From an uncultured Bacilli bacterium (GTDB lineage: Bacteria > Bacillota_I > Bacilli_A > RF39 > UBA660), in contig CALVSP010000001.1 in the NCBI GenBank assembly GCA_944359065.1, positions 4,314-68,313 on the forward strand: DNA of 64,000 nucleotides, read 5' to 3'. A model generated the notes under the pieces. That model saw nothing but the letters and a program-made list of their open reading frames with translations. It was not told the origin of the DNA and made no database searches. A program made the translations under genes and the position numbers. Shown here one piece after another: positions 61,530 through 64,000 of this stretch (position 1 is its first letter; every line of letters begins with the position of its first letter).

Positions 61530-62768
61530 CTATTTTTTTAATTCATCTATTCCCATACCTCTTTTATGTTTAATAGGTTCCCAACTCATATCTTTTTTAA
61601 ATAAACAAATAAAATTAATTGGTATCCAAGATAACATAAACAATGAGAATAATAATATACCAGACATTATTTCTTTAACATTCTTTTTATTATATTTTAC
61701 AACAAATAAATTTATAATAACATTTCCTATATAAGTTAGTAAGAAAAATAGTAATCCATAAGCATACATATATGAGAAAACATCATATAATTGAACATCA
61801 AAGATTTTAAATAAAATTAAGACAACAGTTAAAATAGTAGCTAAAACTTGAATATAAGGAGCCATAAAAGATAACAACATATCCCAACAAGGTAAGAAAC
61901 CTGTTTTGCTATATGTTCTAAATAAATCCTTACTATATCTTCTAAAACATTGAATATTTCCTAATGACCATCTTTTTCTTTGTTTCCATGAAACTTTAAA
62001 TTCAGTTGGTTGTTCATCATATGTTATAGCATCTTCAACAAACATAACTTTAATTCCTCTTAAAGCACATTGTGCAGTAAATTCAACATCTTCAGTTAAA
62101 GTATAAGTATTAAAACCATATTCGTCTACTACTTCCTTTTTAAATACAAAACCAGTACCATTTATACTTGCTGATCCGCCCATTTGCATACGAGCCTTAC
62201 TAAAGAAAAAATTTTGAATCCAATAAAATATTGAATAACTACCACTTATCCAGTTATCACCTGGATTTTTACTATCTCTAAAACCTTGCGCAACTTTATA
62301 TCCTTCACACAAAGCATCATTCATTCGTGATAAAAATTCAGGATGAACAACATTATCAGCATCAAAAACAACATAAGCGTCGATATCTTTTCTTTTAGAT
62401 AATTTTTCTAAAGTAAATTTTAAAACATCACCTTTAGATTTAGTTGGAACAGTACATTTAATAATTTCTGCACCAGCTTTTTTTGCAACTTTTTCTGTAT
62501 CATCAGTACAATTATTTGGAATAACATAAACATTGTATAAATCTTTAGGATAATCTTGTTGTAATAAACTTTTTACTAAATGTTCTATTACATCCTCTTC
62601 ATTTCTTGATGCTATTAAAACTGCAAATTTATGCTTTGGTTTATGTTTTTTTAATAATTTTTTATTGATATTTTTAAATCCAAAAAAACCAGTTACAAAA
62701 AAATATAAACCATATGCCAACGAAATAATAAATAAAATATAATATATAAATTGTATCATTAAATTCAC
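61530..62768 (-). CDS. family 2 glycosyltransferase (processive, membrane-embedded; IcaA/cellulose-synthase-like)
   Basis: DAD-type motif VFDADNVV, and QRKRW, with N- and C-terminal TM helices. Confidence 0.8.
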   Translation of the reverse strand: MNLMIQFIYYILFIISLAYGLYFFVTGFFGFKNINKKLLKKHKPKHKFAVLIASRNEEDVIEHLVKSLLQQDYPKDLYNVYVIPNNCTDDTEKVAKKAGAEIIKCTVPTKSKGDVLKFTLEKLSKRKDIDAYVVFDADNVVHPEFLSRMNDALCEGYKVAQGFRDSKNPGDNWISGSYSIFYWIQNFFFSKARMQMGGSASINGTGFVFKKEVVDEYGFNTYTLTEDVEFTAQCALRGIKVMFVEDAITYDEQPTEFKVSWKQRKRWSLGNIQCFRRYSKDLFRTYSKTGFLPCWDMLLSFMAPYIQVLATILTVVLILFKIFDVQLYDVFSYMYAYGLLFFLLTYIGNVIINLFVVKYNKKNVKEIMSGILLFSLFMLSWIPINFICLFKKDMSWEPIKHKRGMGIDELKK

Positions 62769-62812
62769 TCCTAAGACAATTACATTATACCATATTTTAA
62801 AAAAATAGCAAA

Positions 62813-63277
62813 TTATAAATATTTTTTTAATTTGCTAATAGATTCTTGCTGAAATTCTAAAAATTCTTCAGCTAATTTTATTGTTTTTTTATTTGCGATT
62901 TCATCATACTGACTCAATTTTTTTTCAATATCTAATACTCCCATTGACATACCTTTTATTAGCATATCAGCAATACTAGAATCACTATTATCACTAATAA
63001 CTTCTTTTTTTATCCCCATAGTTGCACCCATTTTAGAAAAAACAGAAGTTTCCTTTGGCCTGATACTTTCTTTTTTTAATTGTTTTTTTAAATCTTTATA
63101 AAATATTTCATATTTTTTTAAAATATCTTCAGCATCCTTAATAATTTTATTGTCTTTTCCTTTTAATTCACAAATTAACTTCTCTAATGTATATTTACCC
63201 ATTTCACTATTTTGATAAATATATTCTAATAACTCATTATTTTCATTCATTTTAATCACCAATAATATTTTGTTCAA
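62813..63277 (-). CDS. hypothetical protein
   Basis: 154-aa ORF. Confidence 0.4.
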   Translation of the reverse strand: MNKILLVIKMNENNELLEYIYQNSEMGKYTLEKLICELKGKDNKIIKDAEDILKKYEIFYKDLKKQLKKESIRPKETSVFSKMGATMGIKKEVISDNSDSSIADMLIKGMSMGVLDIEKKLSQYDEIANKKTIKLAEEFLEFQQESISKLKKYL

Positions 63278-63304
63278 AATTTTATTTTATATACAAAAAA
63301 AGAA

Positions 63305-63742
63305 TTAGTTTTCTTCCAATTCTTCATCAGATAAAATTGCTAAATCATCCATATCTTCGTCAGCATCTTCTAGATCTTCATCTTCTATTGCTGTATCAAT
63401 GTCATCTTCGTATTCATTTTCTACTTCATCAGTTTCTTCTTCAGCTTCTTCATAATCTTCTTCATCTTCATCTTCGTCCATAACAATATCGATAGGATTT
63501 TTTTCTCTTAAATCCCATTCATTAGTATCTAAAAAAACAAATCTTTTATCGGTTGCTAAAGAAGTATAATAATCTCCTATTTTATCAGTATATTCTTCAT
63601 CAGTATGTCCTAATATATCACATATTTTTTTAAATATAGTAGGTGTATTTAAAGGTTTATTTTCCTCTTTTAAAATTAACTCAGTTAAATCTGCATAAGA
63701 CAAAATTTCTAAATCTTCCTTTGCCATATTTTTTATCAACAT
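63305..63742 (-). CDS. rpoE: DNA-directed RNA polymerase delta subunit
   Basis: N-terminal HARE-HTH-like domain plus a long poly-acidic C-terminal tail (DEDEDEEDYEEAEEE...). Confidence 0.8.
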   Translation of the reverse strand: MLIKNMAKEDLEILSYADLTELILKEENKPLNTPTIFKKICDILGHTDEEYTDKIGDYYTSLATDKRFVFLDTNEWDLREKNPIDIVMDEDEDEEDYEEAEEETDEVENEYEDDIDTAIEDEDLEDADEDMDDLAILSDEELEEN

Positions 63743-63841
63743 AATTCCTCCTTGTTTAAAATATCACCATAATTTTAGCACATTTTGAAAATGTGTCAAT
63801 ACTATTTTTATAATATGTTATAACTTTCATAAAATATACTA

Positions 63842-64000
63842 CTATTTTACACATTCTAATTTAAAAATTACATCTTGCTCTGTTGTAATAACATTATATT
63901 TTAATATAATTAAATCATTATCAATAATTAAATAATCAGTTAGTATATCTAAATCTATTATAGAATTATTATCTTTTAACAAATATTTACCTTTTGTTTT
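63842..64000 (-). CDS. C-terminal fragment of an unidentified gene running off the window edge
   Basis: Open frame of 53 codons ending in TAG at 63842..63844. Confidence 0.3.
   Translation of the reverse strand, partial: KTKGKYLLKDNNSIIDLDILTDYLIIDNDLIILKYNVITTEQDVIFKLECVK

Overview
The window is very AT-rich (about 25% GC by eye), uses the standard genetic code, and appears to come from a low-GC Bacillota genome. Identifiable genes include RNA polymerase delta (rpoE), lexA, ftsK, eno, murD, ddl, rpsU, rnc, yidD and a truncated PBP, and the assignment is an inference from that gene content and its synteny. Three zones can be told apart.

(1) Positions 1 to about 16.8 kb are an accessory, mobile-element-like region. 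It carries a degenerate DnaB-like helicase, a small serine recombinase, a short SSB, a DnaD-domain protein, a tentatively PcfJ-like Zn-ribbon protein, two XRE regulators, lipoproteins and membrane proteins, and a soluble FtsH-like AAA+/M41 protease followed by three small overlapping ORFs. There are 83-bp direct repeats in this region. A penicillin-binding-protein gene is truncated at its SXXK active-site motif at the right edge of the region.

(2) Positions 18.3 to 41.0 kb are the most unusual part. Two long minus-strand transcription units are each driven by a near-identical consensus promoter. Together with a divergent TasA/camelysin-sized gene they encode about 13 paralogous secreted proteins that all carry a SipW-cognate (TasA/camelysin-class) signal peptide. 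This family includes two duplicated 3-4 gene cassettes, a 1109-aa beta-helix-like protein and membrane-anchored 230-aa paralogs. The same units encode three S26B/SipW-type signal-peptidase homologues: one canonical, one fused to a 680-aa protein, and one apparently catalytically degenerate. They also encode a membrane-anchored McrB-like AAA+ (AAA_5) protein with a partner gene, and a 536-aa all-alpha protein. I regard this as a candidate undescribed SipW-dependent surface-fibre or matrix assembly system.

(3) Positions 41 to 64 kb are a core housekeeping region with three tRNAs (Ile-GAT, Asn-GTT, Glu-TTC). Embedded in it is a class II bacteriocin locus: a C39-ABC exporter plus two double-glycine-leader peptides that are absent from the supplied ORF track. 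A LexA-controlled divergent mini-operon encoding a small HTH protein and a 46-aa transmembrane peptide also lies here.

No CRISPR arrays, rRNA genes or transposases were seen.
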